Under the pieces are notes generated by a model. That model ran no database searches. It was not told the origin of the DNA and worked only from the letters and a program-made list of their open reading frames with translations. Below, piece by piece: positions 52,765 to 63,329 of a stretch of DNA of 64,000 nt. Where the stretch lies: positions 768,001 to 832,000 of the forward strand of contig OY969699.1 of the NCBI GenBank assembly GCA_963702025.1. Direction: 5' to 3'. Both the position numbers and the translations under genes were made by a program. This DNA comes from an uncultured bacterium (GTDB taxonomy: Bacteria > Babelota > Babeliae > Babelales > Vermiphilaceae). Position 1 is the first letter of the stretch; every line of letters begins with the position of its first letter.

Positions 52765-53526
52765 ATGATGATAGTATTTGCCTTTCTATTTCCACTGTTA
52801 AGCAGCTTTAATTGTTCTTTAATCGCAATGGACCTTAATACGCAAAAACAAACAATAGAGCGCCTTGTTTTTTTCACTGAACACGGCCTAAAAAAGAAAG
52901 CTCAAGAATCTAAAGAAACTGATGAAATACATTATTTTTTTTCAAACACTGAGCAGCACCTCTCTAATTGTGTAACACATACTAATTTTTTATCTGACGA
53001 TAATACTGAATCAGTTATTACTGATTTGTGCAAAAAAAAGAAACCAATGGTCTGGTGGGTGACACCTTTGAGCAAACCAGAAAACCTTGAAAGGTTACTT
53101 CAAAAGCATGGATTCGATCCGTATCCTTTAACTGCAATGGAATGTTGCTTGCAAAATGTTACGGAAGAAACCTTAGACAAAATAATGAATGTTCAATCGC
53201 CAAATACCATATCAATTAGTAAGAACAAGATTGATGATGCGGATCAATACCAACTGCTGTGTGATAATACATTAGCTAGTTGTTGTTCATACATTATACT
53301 TGATACCTGGGCAGCTCTTTATAGCTTATCTACACAAGGGGATATGCGTAATCAGGGCTTTGCAACAAAACTTATTGCTACCATATTAAAGGATCTCAAA
53401 AAACAAAAATGTACCGCTGCTTATATGATAGCCATGCCGATTACTGTCAGAATTGGCAACAAATTAGGATTTAAAGAAATGGGTATCATTAATTATTATC
53501 ACAAATTAAAATTTGAAGCTTCTTGA
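52765..53526 (+). CDS. GNAT-family acetyltransferase with signal peptide
   Basis: RNQGFA acetyl-CoA motif, KLGF; AAGGAG RBS; LIA|MDL. Confidence 0.7.
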   Translation: MMIVFAFLFPLLSSFNCSLIAMDLNTQKQTIERLVFFTEHGLKKKAQESKETDEIHYFFSNTEQHLSNCVTHTNFLSDDNTESVITDLCKKKKPMVWWVTPLSKPENLERLLQKHGFDPYPLTAMECCLQNVTEETLDKIMNVQSPNTISISKNKIDDADQYQLLCDNTLASCCSYIILDTWAALYSLSTQGDMRNQGFATKLIATILKDLKKQKCTAAYMIAMPITVRIGNKLGFKEMGIINYYHKLKFEAS

Positions 53527-53582
53527 GAAAACCTTTATGGATTTAATACCGGTCAAATAGTTTAAAAAGGAGGATATGGCTT

Positions 53583-54713
53583 TCAAACGCTCATTCCCCT
53601 TTTTTTCATGCTTTTTTGAGAAAAAGAGAGGTGTCTTTTGCGCTCAAGACCCAATTTGGTAATCAAATGGTAAAAGAATTCCCTGTCTGGCCCTTTGACC
53701 ACTGCCTGCTCATGCGCTTCAGCCAGTGCCACCGGATAGCCGCGCCCTTTAATTGCTTGATCCAAAATGATCTGCGCCACCATATTCAGGTGAATCTCAT
53801 CCTTAGCGATCCAGGCAGGAATTTCTATACGGGCAATTTCAGTCCCCACATCCATGTAAAAAAAATGGGGAACCAAATGCGGCGGATAACAGGCACCAAT
53901 TTGCGCATTACTTTTAAAGACAATTGAGCGGGTCCCTGATTGCAAAAAAAATCCGGCCACATTGGTATCAACCAAATGTTGCACCGCCTCTAATTCTTTG
54001 CAGCCTTCGATTTTGAATTTGCACAGCTCAACCCGAATGAGATTAACCAATTCTTTGCTCTTGGGCATACTAATATATCCGGCACAGAGTATCTTAGATT
54101 GCGACAATGCATTAAGCAAGCTTAAGTATTTGTTTAAGAAAATCTCTTTTAAACGTAATTCTTTTGATTCCAAGTGCCAAAAAATGAGTGACCCATCAAA
54201 CAAAAATGCAAAGGGAATTTCCGGATTTTGACTGGTAACTTCGCTGCTTTTTTCCAGCCCCGTTTTAAATTCGTATTCTTGCCGTGAACAATTTACCATA
54301 TCCTGACCGTTGGCAAGATCATCCTCTTGTTCACCGGTAAACGTATACGGACGTGAATCAAAAACAACTGCCTTGCTCGTAGACCCTTGTCCATACCGTA
54401 GCAGCACCGAACCGATATTTATTAAAAAACAAGGGGTTCCTTGATGCCGATCCGGATAAATCTGGGAACCATCAACACCCAGCACCGTATAAGGCCCGGA
54501 AATTGGAAAAACTTTTATCACCCTCTTAAGATCCTCATACCAATCAGGAACCAACCACGGCGTTGAAATTTGACGTATTTTATAAAGAAATGTTGGATCA
54601 TCAATGATCCGCTGCCACGATTCTTGCGCAATGCGAAATTCAGGCGAAATATCCAGAAACAAGCCTTCAGAAATGGATTGCAATTGCTCCATTAATGCTA
54701 CTCTATTGAGCAT
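53583..54713 (-). CDS. nurA: NurA-domain nuclease
   Basis: GVDGSQ, FDGSL, RIEIPAW, GYPVALAEAHEQAVV. Confidence 0.88.
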   Translation of the reverse strand: MLNRVALMEQLQSISEGLFLDISPEFRIAQESWQRIIDDPTFLYKIRQISTPWLVPDWYEDLKRVIKVFPISGPYTVLGVDGSQIYPDRHQGTPCFLINIGSVLLRYGQGSTSKAVVFDSRPYTFTGEQEDDLANGQDMVNCSRQEYEFKTGLEKSSEVTSQNPEIPFAFLFDGSLIFWHLESKELRLKEIFLNKYLSLLNALSQSKILCAGYISMPKSKELVNLIRVELCKFKIEGCKELEAVQHLVDTNVAGFFLQSGTRSIVFKSNAQIGACYPPHLVPHFFYMDVGTEIARIEIPAWIAKDEIHLNMVAQIILDQAIKGRGYPVALAEAHEQAVVKGPDREFFYHLITKLGLERKRHLSFSQKSMKKRGMSV

Positions 54714-54714
54714 A

Positions 54715-55092
54715 TTATTCTACCGGTTTATAGTCGTATAACCCTTGTTGGACCGCATGCAAAAAAAGAAGGGCACATTTTAACCGATTGAGGCCCAATT
54801 GAATGCCAATTAAGCGGCGCACATCATCGGCAGTAAGTGCCATAATAAAAGAAATGGGCTTATCTTTAATGAGTTCGCACATCATAGAAGCAGTGGCTTG
54901 GCTTATAATGCAGCCAGCCCCATCAAATGCTATTTGGTTAATGCAATTTTGAGTAATGATAGCCTGGAAGGAGACCTGATCACCACAGGAAGGATTGTGC
55001 ATTGCTGATATCACAGTAGGGTGGCTCAATGCCCCCTTATAGCGGGGGAAGCGATAATGATCCAATAATTCTTCTTTGTACAAGATTTCCAT
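54715..55092 (-). CDS. sufU: SufU/NifU-type Fe-S assembly protein
   Basis: LDHY..PR..G, NPSCGD, GCIISQA.ASMM, RLKCALL. Confidence 0.9.
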   Translation of the reverse strand: MEILYKEELLDHYRFPRYKGALSHPTVISAMHNPSCGDQVSFQAIITQNCINQIAFDGAGCIISQATASMMCELIKDKPISFIMALTADDVRRLIGIQLGLNRLKCALLFLHAVQQGLYDYKPVE

Positions 55093-55224
55093 GAGTTTTC
55101 CGTTATAAGAGGCTCTTTTTTAGCGTAATAGATTGGCCATTATCGTCAAGACTTTTATTTAACATGAATTCAACCTAAGAATTTAAAAAAAGGCACTCTC
55201 TGGCAAAAGAAACTATGGGTAAGG

Positions 55225-55346
55225 CCGCTCGTGGTGAGTAGAAATCGTAAGATTTCGTATCGAACCATGCGGCCTTTAAAGATGAATATTTATAAGACCC
55301 GCATGGATTCGATACACTCGCTATGCTCGTTACTCACCACGAGCGG
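55225..55346. repeat. Inverted pair of type A repeats (REPIN-like)
   Basis: CCGCTCGTGGTGAGTA..GTATCGAACCATGCGG and its near reverse complement at 55299-55346. Confidence 0.9.
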
Positions 55347-55391
55347 GGTTTATGATTAACTTTTACAATTCTTAGCTCGAATTTGCATTAT

Positions 55392-55805
55392 TCAAGAATC
55401 TAAAACCTGCCCGATAGCGTCCCACTGCTCTTGAGTAATTGTTTTAGGGTCTCTGCTCTGTACAAAGGTGGTAACTAACCCAGGTGACCATGATAGAATC
55501 GTTCTTGGGCTGATATTACCCAAAAAGTCTGCTTTTTCAGTATCAATTTGTGCTCGAATATATTTCCGATGCCATCCAATTGCTTCCAATTCATTACAGC
55601 TAAAACGGGTCCATCGTGATTGTTTAATATAACTCTCAAGCTGTTCTTTACTCATGGATAAAATATAAGAATGCTTTATCCTTTGATACTTTTTCTTATC
55701 AAGCGTTTCTTTAATCTGCTCTTTTGGTGTCATAGAAAAGAGGGGCATATTCAATGCGTATGCACAGAATATGCCCCTAAAATATAGTTTTCGCAACGAT
55801 ATCAT
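55392..55805 (-). CDS. Hypothetical exported protein
   Basis: 137-aa ORF, signal-like N-terminus ending LFS|MTP. Confidence 0.55.
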   Translation of the reverse strand: MISLRKLYFRGIFCAYALNMPLFSMTPKEQIKETLDKKKYQRIKHSYILSMSKEQLESYIKQSRWTRFSCNELEAIGWHRKYIRAQIDTEKADFLGNISPRTILSWSPGLVTTFVQSRDPKTITQEQWDAIGQVLDS

Positions 55806-55813
55806 GCAATCGT

Positions 55814-56488
55814 TTATTTGCTTCGAGCCAATAGGCTTGATGCAGCGTTGCCAATTGCATAGGCAAGTTTTACTTGATACATATTGTTAGCAAACAGCGC
55901 TGCCCGACTCTTAAGAGTTGCATCTTTTTTCCAAAAACTATTGTCGCGGTAAGTTTTCCAACCGGCTTGAGTTAAATCCACTGCTTCCAAGGCAATAATC
56001 AAAGACTTGCGCGGGTTCGTCTGTATCCAGGCATGAAGATCATGCCCTTTTGCTTTCGCATAATCCCATGATTTGCAGAGCAGTGATCGATGGTGGTGAT
56101 GCTTACGCTTCTTATGTTCTCCAGAACTACCAGCAGAGTTATTTAATATTTGAGAAATACTGGTTCCGGAATTATTATTACTTTCTGATGTAGGAGTTTG
56201 ACTTACTTGCTCTTTACGAGTTGAAGAAGAGCCAAGCAAGTTTTCTATATCTTCTTTGGCTTGATCGACCTTATTTTCAAACTTGTTTTCAAGATTCTGC
56301 AGATCAGTCCCGGCAGCTTTCACTTTTGTTTTAACTTCGCTTTCAACATTCTGCGCTGCATTCTGAAGTGCAATCACTTCTTTTTCGACACCTTCTCGAA
56401 TTTCTTCAAGCGTTTCCATCGCATGAAGACCAACAGTCAATGCACCAAGAAGGAGCCCTAGAAGTGTATTTTTTACGAATAAATTCAT
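55814..56488 (-). CDS. Hypothetical exported coiled-coil protein
   Basis: AAGGA RBS, LHA|MET, helical repeats, Ser/Asn linker, HKKRKHHHHR. Confidence 0.75.
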   Translation of the reverse strand: MNLFVKNTLLGLLLGALTVGLHAMETLEEIREGVEKEVIALQNAAQNVESEVKTKVKAAGTDLQNLENKFENKVDQAKEDIENLLGSSSTRKEQVSQTPTSESNNNSGTSISQILNNSAGSSGEHKKRKHHHHRSLLCKSWDYAKAKGHDLHAWIQTNPRKSLIIALEAVDLTQAGWKTYRDNSFWKKDATLKSRAALFANNMYQVKLAYAIGNAASSLLARSK

Positions 56489-56500
56489 TTACTTTTCCTT

Positions 56501-57022
56501 TTAGTTATTACGATTATATCGAACGCTCTTTTTTTGTTCTTTTTTAGCAGTTACTGCTTTATATATTTTATACGTAACATACGTAGCCAATGCAAGAGTT
56601 GCTGCCGCGGCCAGAACACCAACGGTTTTTTCTGTGGTTGTTAATTTGGACCAGCCACCATTTTTTTTGTCTTTAAGATACTTAACAACTGATAAATCAG
56701 CCACCGCACCGGAAAGATTATTATATTTTGTTGCAATAGAAGTTTTAATAGATTTAAAATAGCCATCTTTTTGGATTGGCAAAACGTCTTTTGGGCAATG
56801 ATTTGGGCAACCATCGTGGTTTGGCACCGCCGATTGGTTTGAAGGCGCTACCGGTGTAGATTGTATCACCACTACAGATCCTTTTGGCGCTGGCGGCACT
56901 ACCGGCGGATTGGATGGCGTAACTACCGGCGGAGTATTTGCTTCCATAGCCATGGTGTTACCATTGCTTGAAAGTAAAGCGATTGACAAAACAGCTGAGG
57001 ATAACAAGAAAGATTTATTCAT
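56501..57022 (-). CDS. Hypothetical exported protein with C-terminal TM anchor
   Basis: TMA|MEA, Pro-rich repeats, hydrophobic helix followed by a basic tail. Confidence 0.75.
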   Translation of the reverse strand: MNKSFLLSSAVLSIALLSSNGNTMAMEANTPPVVTPSNPPVVPPAPKGSVVVIQSTPVAPSNQSAVPNHDGCPNHCPKDVLPIQKDGYFKSIKTSIATKYNNLSGAVADLSVVKYLKDKKNGGWSKLTTTEKTVGVLAAAATLALATYVTYKIYKAVTAKKEQKKSVRYNRNN

Positions 57023-57120
57023 AATAAACCCTGAAGTAAAAAGGTGTTGTGATAATTATTTTCTAACTCGCATTACTATCAGTTTTTTTTGTAACTTTTT
57101 CTGAACAAAAAGTATAACGT

Positions 57121-57148
57121 ATTATAAAAGACCTATTATTTATGTCAA
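57121..57148 (-). promoter_or_regulatory. Consensus sigma70 promoter
   Basis: TTGACA-N16-TATAAT upstream of 57022. Confidence 0.8.
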
Positions 57149-57329
57149 ATCTCACAAGCAACAAACAATAACTCTCTTTATATTCAAATTGAAATGATAA
57201 ATCAGCATAAAGCTTCGCTTATTATTATATTTTGCATAAAAATTAATTCATATGTTGCGATTTTTTACAAAAAATGTTTACACTAGGGTAAAAGAAACTC
57301 TTAATTGAAATGGAGTATAAAAACAAATT

Positions 57330-58199
57330 ATGAATACTGTGTTTAGTAAACCAATCTCTTTGCTTCTGGTGCTTTGCACCCTCGCAACCCCGCAACAAAG
57401 CCCTGCGGTTAACATTATTTGTGATTTAGGGGATGTACTGGTTGAAACACGAATGGCGCGCAGTTTTTGGAATATCGGCCCTTTTGCTATGGCCTATTAT
57501 GCAGCAACCCTTAAAAATCCGCTTAATTGCCATAAAAAACTTTTTGATCTTCTTGATGCAATAAAACCCCGCAACCCCCAAGAGCCGATGGTAAAAGATG
57601 GCCACAATCATGTTTTACCACAACTCATGAATGACTGGCTCAAAGGATCTATTTCCGGCAAAGAAATTCTTGAACTGGTTGACACAACGCCGGGGCAGTT
57701 TGATAACTGGGCCGAAGAGTCATTGGTTCGTGCCTTGGCACATATGATTTTTTCTAAAGAAATATTTGTAAGCACACGCTATTTAGTGCCTGATGGTGTA
57801 GCCTTTATACGCCATTGCAAGCAAGCGGGCCATAAACTCTACATTCTTTCAAATTGGGATCCGGCATCATTCACCATTATGCAAGAACGTTATGCAGATT
57901 TCTTTAATTTGTTTGATGGTATTATAATCTCGGGCGATGTGGGCATGTTAAAACCAGATCCGGCAATCTTTGCATATTTGCTGCAACGCTACAATTTAGA
58001 CCCCGTCAGAACGTTTTATATTGATGACCGCCCAGAAAATATTACAGCGGCACAGGAGTTTGGCATTCATGGATGCTTGTATGAAAAAAAATCCGGTCTG
58101 CTCTTCAAAACCTATGGTTTTCAAGAAGTCTGCAAAAAACTCAACAAATGGCTGCGATCAGACTATTTTCCAATATCTGCTCAGGATAACCGGGGTTAA
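57330..58199 (+). CDS. HAD-family phosphatase with signal peptide
   Basis: DLGDVL, LSN, KPDP.IF, IDD..ENI..A...G motifs. Confidence 0.88.
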   Translation: MNTVFSKPISLLLVLCTLATPQQSPAVNIICDLGDVLVETRMARSFWNIGPFAMAYYAATLKNPLNCHKKLFDLLDAIKPRNPQEPMVKDGHNHVLPQLMNDWLKGSISGKEILELVDTTPGQFDNWAEESLVRALAHMIFSKEIFVSTRYLVPDGVAFIRHCKQAGHKLYILSNWDPASFTIMQERYADFFNLFDGIIISGDVGMLKPDPAIFAYLLQRYNLDPVRTFYIDDRPENITAAQEFGIHGCLYEKKSGLLFKTYGFQEVCKKLNKWLRSDYFPISAQDNRG

Positions 58200-58847
58200 A
58201 ATCAGGGCTAAAAGTCCAGTAAATGCAAGTACCATTGAGAATGAAAAAATGTCGCTAGGCCCAGTAATGTTCATAAACTGTGTGCCGATATAGGCAAAAA
58301 CAATTGCTGATGGCAGTACGCCCAAAGCCGTTGTCCATATAAACGTCGAAAGTTTAATGGTGGTCATTGCGGCCAAGATGTTAACCAAGAAAAATGGAAC
58401 AAGCGGAATACACCGCAATAGTAGCAAATAAATCCATCCATTTTTATCGATCTTTTGATTAAAGTGATGTAACTTTTGCGCATATTTCTTTTGTATTAGG
58501 TCACCTATTACATACCGAATCATTAGAAAAAAAATAGTTGCACCAATGGTAGCCGCCACCACAATACACACGATACCCAAAAATAAGCCGAACAAAAAAC
58601 CACCCATAATATTTACCAGAGAAACGCCCGGCAAACTGCAGACAACAAGCCCAATATATCCCCCGATATAGCAGAGGATAGTTTTGCCTGTATTCAATTG
58701 TGCCTGCTCTTTGAGCCAGGCAGAATTACGTTTTATAGCATCAAACGAAAGCAACTTATAGGCGCCGCTCATCCAAAAAAGGATGATAAAAATAAATAAC
58801 AATACTACTATAACTATGCGCTTTTTAAAAAGTTTACTACTGTACAC
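58158..58847 (-). CDS. TVP38/TMEM64 (DedA/VTT) membrane protein
   Basis: LPG......GGFLFG, ATIGA, LRCIPLVPFFLVN. Confidence 0.88.
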   Translation of the reverse strand: MYSSKLFKKRIVIVVLLFIFIILFWMSGAYKLLSFDAIKRNSAWLKEQAQLNTGKTILCYIGGYIGLVVCSLPGVSLVNIMGGFLFGLFLGIVCIVVAATIGATIFFLMIRYVIGDLIQKKYAQKLHHFNQKIDKNGWIYLLLLRCIPLVPFFLVNILAAMTTIKLSTFIWTTALGVLPSAIVFAYIGTQFMNITGPSDIFSFSMVLAFTGLLALILTPVILSRYWKIV

Positions 58848-59529
58848 GAAATAGTCCTTTTATTTTCTCAATAAAAAATGGGGCTAGTGAAATGAGTGCA
58901 AGAATGGCCAATAACGTAATAATGGTCGGCGAAAAAATATCCTTATATGACCGCATTAAACTTAATTGCCGTCCGGCCAACGCACATAAAAAGTTCAATG
59001 GAAAAGTACCTACAATGGTAACCCACAACACCGTCTTGAAGGGAATATTTGCCATCGCCGCAACCAAATTAATTAAAAATAATGGTATCACCGAAAGAAA
59101 ATGGAGCACCAATAAATAGCCGGGCCCATATTTTTGTATCCGAGCCAGAAACTTGTCAACCTGGGCGCTATGCCAGTCTTTAACAAAACTTCCAAAAACA
59201 TATCTGAGTGCCAGAAATGAAATAATTGAACCGAGCAAACAGCTTATACCCGCATAGATTACACCAAAAAATATGCCGTATAAAAAACCACCCAGCAATG
59301 CAAAGGGCATAACCACCGGCAAAGCACAGGCGAGTGCCATGGTAAACAATGATATGTAGACCAACACCGAAAAAAAATAATGCCGTTGCACAAAACTGCT
59401 CAAAATTTTATTGTGTTCTTGCAACTGTTTTAACTCGAAATACTCATTAAGGCGAAAATAGTAAAAGAGCGAAATAAAGGCTATCACCAGTGCGCAGAGA
59501 ATAACAATTTTTTTTAAAGAGATCTTCAT
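58837..59529 (-). CDS. TVP38/TMEM64 (DedA/VTT) membrane protein, divergent paralog
   Basis: LP.......GGFLYG, RYVF, IPLFLINL. Confidence 0.82.
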   Translation of the reverse strand: MKISLKKIVILCALVIAFISLFYYFRLNEYFELKQLQEHNKILSSFVQRHYFFSVLVYISLFTMALACALPVVMPFALLGGFLYGIFFGVIYAGISCLLGSIISFLALRYVFGSFVKDWHSAQVDKFLARIQKYGPGYLLVLHFLSVIPLFLINLVAAMANIPFKTVLWVTIVGTFPLNFLCALAGRQLSLMRSYKDIFSPTIITLLAILALISLAPFFIEKIKGLFRVQ

Positions 59530-59622
59530 TCTATTCCTGTCTTTGAAAATGCTACTTTGGGATCATCACCTGATTTCTAGGTATTTTTAGCATAATAGGT
59601 GAACAGCAAGAAAAACAAGGAG

Positions 59623-60171
59623 TTATTGCTCACAAAACTCTTCCTGCCCCTCCTCACTGCAGTAGATATTTACTAGATAATCTAAAAGACAACCAATGCA
59701 TCGTTTGATAAATTGATTTTTGGCAACACTAAATGCAAATCCAGCTGACATTCCACCATCATTAATAATTGGCGGATACCACTCAGGCAATAACCGAATC
59801 ACTTGATGCGCAATGCAATCAAGAACCGCATACCGGACTAATTGCGCGGGAATTGCATCAACACCATAATAGGCGCCGGCCCAGACCGCTTGCGTGCCAT
59901 ATTCTATGCCATAATGCCGCGCATAAGCATCAACAAAAGTATTACCTGAGAGGGGCACCGCATAATCGACTCCATAGCCGAGCAACAATTTTGCCGCATC
60001 GTCCCAAGGGAAAAAGAGGGTTATAAGCAACTGCGCCATCGTTAGTTGCTGCACTATGGGAATGCATGAGATAAATCGTTTAACAGATTTTTGTTTGATC
60101 GGTACAGAAAAAGAAAGAACAGATTGTGAAAATCCAGTAACAGTAATAAGAAAAATGATGGTAGGCTTCAT
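59623..60171 (-). CDS. Hypothetical protein
   Basis: 182-aa ORF in a co-oriented run; signal-like N-terminus. Confidence 0.6.
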   Translation of the reverse strand: MKPTIIFLITVTGFSQSVLSFSVPIKQKSVKRFISCIPIVQQLTMAQLLITLFFPWDDAAKLLLGYGVDYAVPLSGNTFVDAYARHYGIEYGTQAVWAGAYYGVDAIPAQLVRYAVLDCIAHQVIRLLPEWYPPIINDGGMSAGFAFSVAKNQFIKRCIGCLLDYLVNIYCSEEGQEEFCEQ

Positions 60172-60181
60172 TACCTGCTAA

Positions 60182-60739
60182 CTAACTGAACTTGGCTGAA
60201 ATTACACTGCACGCATAATCTATTACGCCGTAGCCCACAAAGGCAGTAAATTGCCTATCTATTAATAATTGGCGATATGATTTATCTTTCAAAGCCAAAA
60301 TTTCAGGTTTTAATGCCGCAGTACCTAGTAGTAACACTTGATTACTAAGCACTTCTCCAGCTGTTTTTATAACGCAACGCTGTGCGAGAAATTGCATGGG
60401 CAATCGTGGCTCAATATATTTATTAATACCTATATACGTAGCTAAATTAAGTGACACAGTAGCCGCAAGCTTCTCATAATTTTTAGCATCAGCAGCAACG
60501 CCAGATTTTTCAAATAAATATTTAACAAGTCGCTTATTTACGTGTTCATATATCCCTAACTGAACATATAATGCAGCGACATACTTTATTAGGTCGATCT
60601 CTTTATTATCTTCGCTTTTTTGTTCTTTTTTTTGGTCACTCAGCGCCGCAATGCGACGCTGAGTAGATTCAGGAATTTCATTATTGCACAAGAGACTATT
60701 TGATATGATTAAGATGGTGAGTAACGCACGATGTTTCAT
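60182..60739 (-). CDS. Hypothetical exported protein
   Basis: 185-aa ORF with signal-like N-terminus. Confidence 0.65.
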   Translation of the reverse strand: MKHRALLTILIISNSLLCNNEIPESTQRRIAALSDQKKEQKSEDNKEIDLIKYVAALYVQLGIYEHVNKRLVKYLFEKSGVAADAKNYEKLAATVSLNLATYIGINKYIEPRLPMQFLAQRCVIKTAGEVLSNQVLLLGTAALKPEILALKDKSYRQLLIDRQFTAFVGYGVIDYACSVISAKFS

Positions 60740-60767
60740 ATGTTTTAATTATCCCTGCTGATTTCAT

Positions 60768-61385
60768 TTATTTTTTAACGAGCTTCAATGCAGTATCAAA
60801 AGTCCAATCATATCCCTTTACTAGTGCATAGGTTACGCTTCTATCAGCAACATAAGAAACCAAAGCAAAATACTTATGATGTTTTACTGCATGAGGAATC
60901 TGCACTGCATGCACAACTTTATGCAAAACGGGATCAATTATTTTTGTGCGCGCTGCTGCTACAACTTGTGCTCGCGCAAACTCATACAACTGGTCTTTTG
61001 CAACACCTGTTATTTGGTCCGTTGTGATTTTTCCATTACTATTTTTATTTTTTGCTTCTTGTAATGCAAGCGCAATTACGGCAGATTTTGCAATTACATC
61101 ATTGCTGGTAATTTCATAGCCACCAGGCAAAGAAATTAATTTCTTATTGGGAACAATATCATCAACAGCTTTCTCAATTTTCTCTTCATTTGAAAGGATT
61201 AAAATGGCAGTTGCAGCTTTATTAATTGCATGATCACCTTTCACTACTTCAATTTTTACTGAGGGCTCAAATTGACCCTTATGGTTAAACAGATGCGCAT
61301 TAAGGTGCGGATTAAACTCACCAAACATTGTGGGAGCAATAAATAATGTTCCTATTCCTATCACAATATAGTTATTATTCTTCAC
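60768..61385 (-). CDS. Hypothetical exported protein
   Basis: GTG start with AAGGA RBS; 205 aa. Confidence 0.65.
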   Translation of the reverse strand: MKNNNYIVIGIGTLFIAPTMFGEFNPHLNAHLFNHKGQFEPSVKIEVVKGDHAINKAATAILILSNEEKIEKAVDDIVPNKKLISLPGGYEITSNDVIAKSAVIALALQEAKNKNSNGKITTDQITGVAKDQLYEFARAQVVAAARTKIIDPVLHKVVHAVQIPHAVKHHKYFALVSYVADRSVTYALVKGYDWTFDTALKLVKK

Positions 61386-61416
61386 AAAAGTTTCCTTTCT
61401 ACAATAGGTTTTTCAA

Positions 61417-62628
61417 TTAATTAACTCTTAGCAGTGTAATGGCTTCTAAAAATTTCTCAACTTCTTCTTGAGTATTATAGACATGAAAGCTCGCGCGTAC
61501 CCAGGAAGATACTCGCATTTTTTTGGCCAATGGTTGTGCACAGTGGTTGCCCGCACGCACGGCAATGCCATAATTGCTTAAGTGGACAGCAACATCATGC
61601 GCATGCATTCCGTCAACAGTAAAACTTACCAAGTGCCCGCTTTTTTTAAGCTGCTCAACCGGTCCATAAATGCGAATCTTTGTATGTTCTGCCAGACCTT
61701 CAATTAATTGCGCGCACAATAGCGCTTCATGACGAGCAAGTTCATCAAACGGCACATTTTTTTGCATATAATCTATTGCTGTCCCTAACCCAATCGCTTG
61801 CGCAATGGGCGGCGTTCCGGCTTCAAATTTCTGCGGCGACTTTTGCCAGGATGCTTTAAAATAGTCCGCTTCATACACCATGCCACCGCCAAACTGATAG
61901 GGCGGCACCTGGTCATGCAACTCTTTTTTTATATATAAAATACCAATACCGGTCGGCCCAAGAACTTTATGGCCCGAAAAAGCCAAAAAATCGCAATCCA
62001 TTTTTTTTACATCTATTTTTTGATGCGGCGCTGATTGAGCCGCGTCAATAAGCACACGCGCGCCAACAGCCCGTGCCGCAGCAATAATGGTGGCAACATC
62101 ATTATGAGTGCCCAATGCATTTGATACGTGAACCGCGCCAACCAGTTTTGTTCTATCGGTAATAATGTTTGATAAGGTATTCAGATCCAAAATTCCATCA
62201 GCCATTACCGGAATATACCGCAGCTCAGCATTATTTTTTTGTGCCAATTGTTGCCAGGGAATCATATTTGAGTGATGTTCCAACTGCGTTATTACGATAT
62301 TGTCACCCTTTTGTATTGTGTTGGCTCCCCATGAACCGGCAACAAAATTTATCCCATGCGTGGTGCCTTGGGTAAAAATGATCTCTTCCGGTTCAGCATT
62401 AAGGAAGGCCGCAACCTTTTTTCTGGCATTTTCATAGGCAGCAGTTGCCTGCTCGCCAAAATCATACATTGATCTATGAGTGGTGGCACAGTAATCATGA
62501 TAATAAGCAGAGACTGCATCAATAACCGCTTGAGGTTTTTGGCTCGTGGCCGCATTGTCAAAATAGATTAAGAGTTTGCCATTAACTTTTTGACGCAGCA
62601 TGGGAAAATCATTGCGATGATTATTCAT
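61417..62628 (-). CDS. sufS: Cysteine desulfurase SufS
   Basis: YFDNAATSQKP, EHHSN, DAAQ, SGHK, EAGTP, RAGNHCA. Confidence 0.96.
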   Translation of the reverse strand: MNNHRNDFPMLRQKVNGKLLIYFDNAATSQKPQAVIDAVSAYYHDYCATTHRSMYDFGEQATAAYENARKKVAAFLNAEPEEIIFTQGTTHGINFVAGSWGANTIQKGDNIVITQLEHHSNMIPWQQLAQKNNAELRYIPVMADGILDLNTLSNIITDRTKLVGAVHVSNALGTHNDVATIIAAARAVGARVLIDAAQSAPHQKIDVKKMDCDFLAFSGHKVLGPTGIGILYIKKELHDQVPPYQFGGGMVYEADYFKASWQKSPQKFEAGTPPIAQAIGLGTAIDYMQKNVPFDELARHEALLCAQLIEGLAEHTKIRIYGPVEQLKKSGHLVSFTVDGMHAHDVAVHLSNYGIAVRAGNHCAQPLAKKMRVSSWVRASFHVYNTQEEVEKFLEAITLLRVN

Positions 62629-63329
62629 TGGTTCTCCTTGGATTCAGATTTGGCAACAAGTCTTTTAACCATATTATTGACACAATCTGCATCAAGATAG
62701 TCTTGGAACGTTTGATAAAAAAATCCTGCCAAGAATAGTTTTTTTGCCTGACTTTCAGGAATGCCCCGTGTTTGGGCATAATAAATATGTTCTTTGTTCA
62801 ACGGACCGACAGCGCTGCCATGAGCACACTGCACCCGATTAGTATCGATCTCTAATGCCGGAATGGATATTGCATGAGCACGATCACTGCAGATTATTGT
62901 TTTATTTTCCTGGCTGGCATTGGTATCATGCGCCACTTTCTTTACTTCAATGATACCTTGATACGTAACAGTTGCCGCATCGTTGGCCGTCCCATTAATC
63001 ACTAATGAACTGCGGCCATTTTTTCCTCGATGTTCTTGGCGCGTATTGATAGTATACCGCTGCTCATTTTCCAAGGCATATGCCCCCCGAATTATCGCGG
63101 TGGCATTATCCTCGAGAATGATGGTAATTGATACGGTGACGGCACTGCCACCGGTTATGATCGGAAAAAAATATAGTGTGCTATTCTCTAAGAGTCTAAA
63201 ATAAAAATCTGCGTGGTAATTCTGATTATCGGCGCACTCTATCTGGCATATAAATGCGCGCGATGAGTTAGCCTCCAGAATCCATTCATTTTTTTGCGTA
63301 AGTGGCGACGCGATATGTTCAATAATCAT
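62625..63329 (-). CDS. sufD: SufD (short form)
   Basis: P.LEI....[14 protein letters not shown] motifs; lies between sufB and sufS. Confidence 0.85.
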   Translation of the reverse strand: MIIEHIASPLTQKNEWILEANSSRAFICQIECADNQNYHADFYFRLLENSTLYFFPIITGGSAVTVSITIILEDNATAIIRGAYALENEQRYTINTRQEHRGKNGRSSLVINGTANDAATVTYQGIIEVKKVAHDTNASQENKTIICSDRAHAISIPALEIDTNRVQCAHGSAVGPLNKEHIYYAQTRGIPESQAKKLFLAGFFYQTFQDYLDADCVNNMVKRLVAKSESKENQ

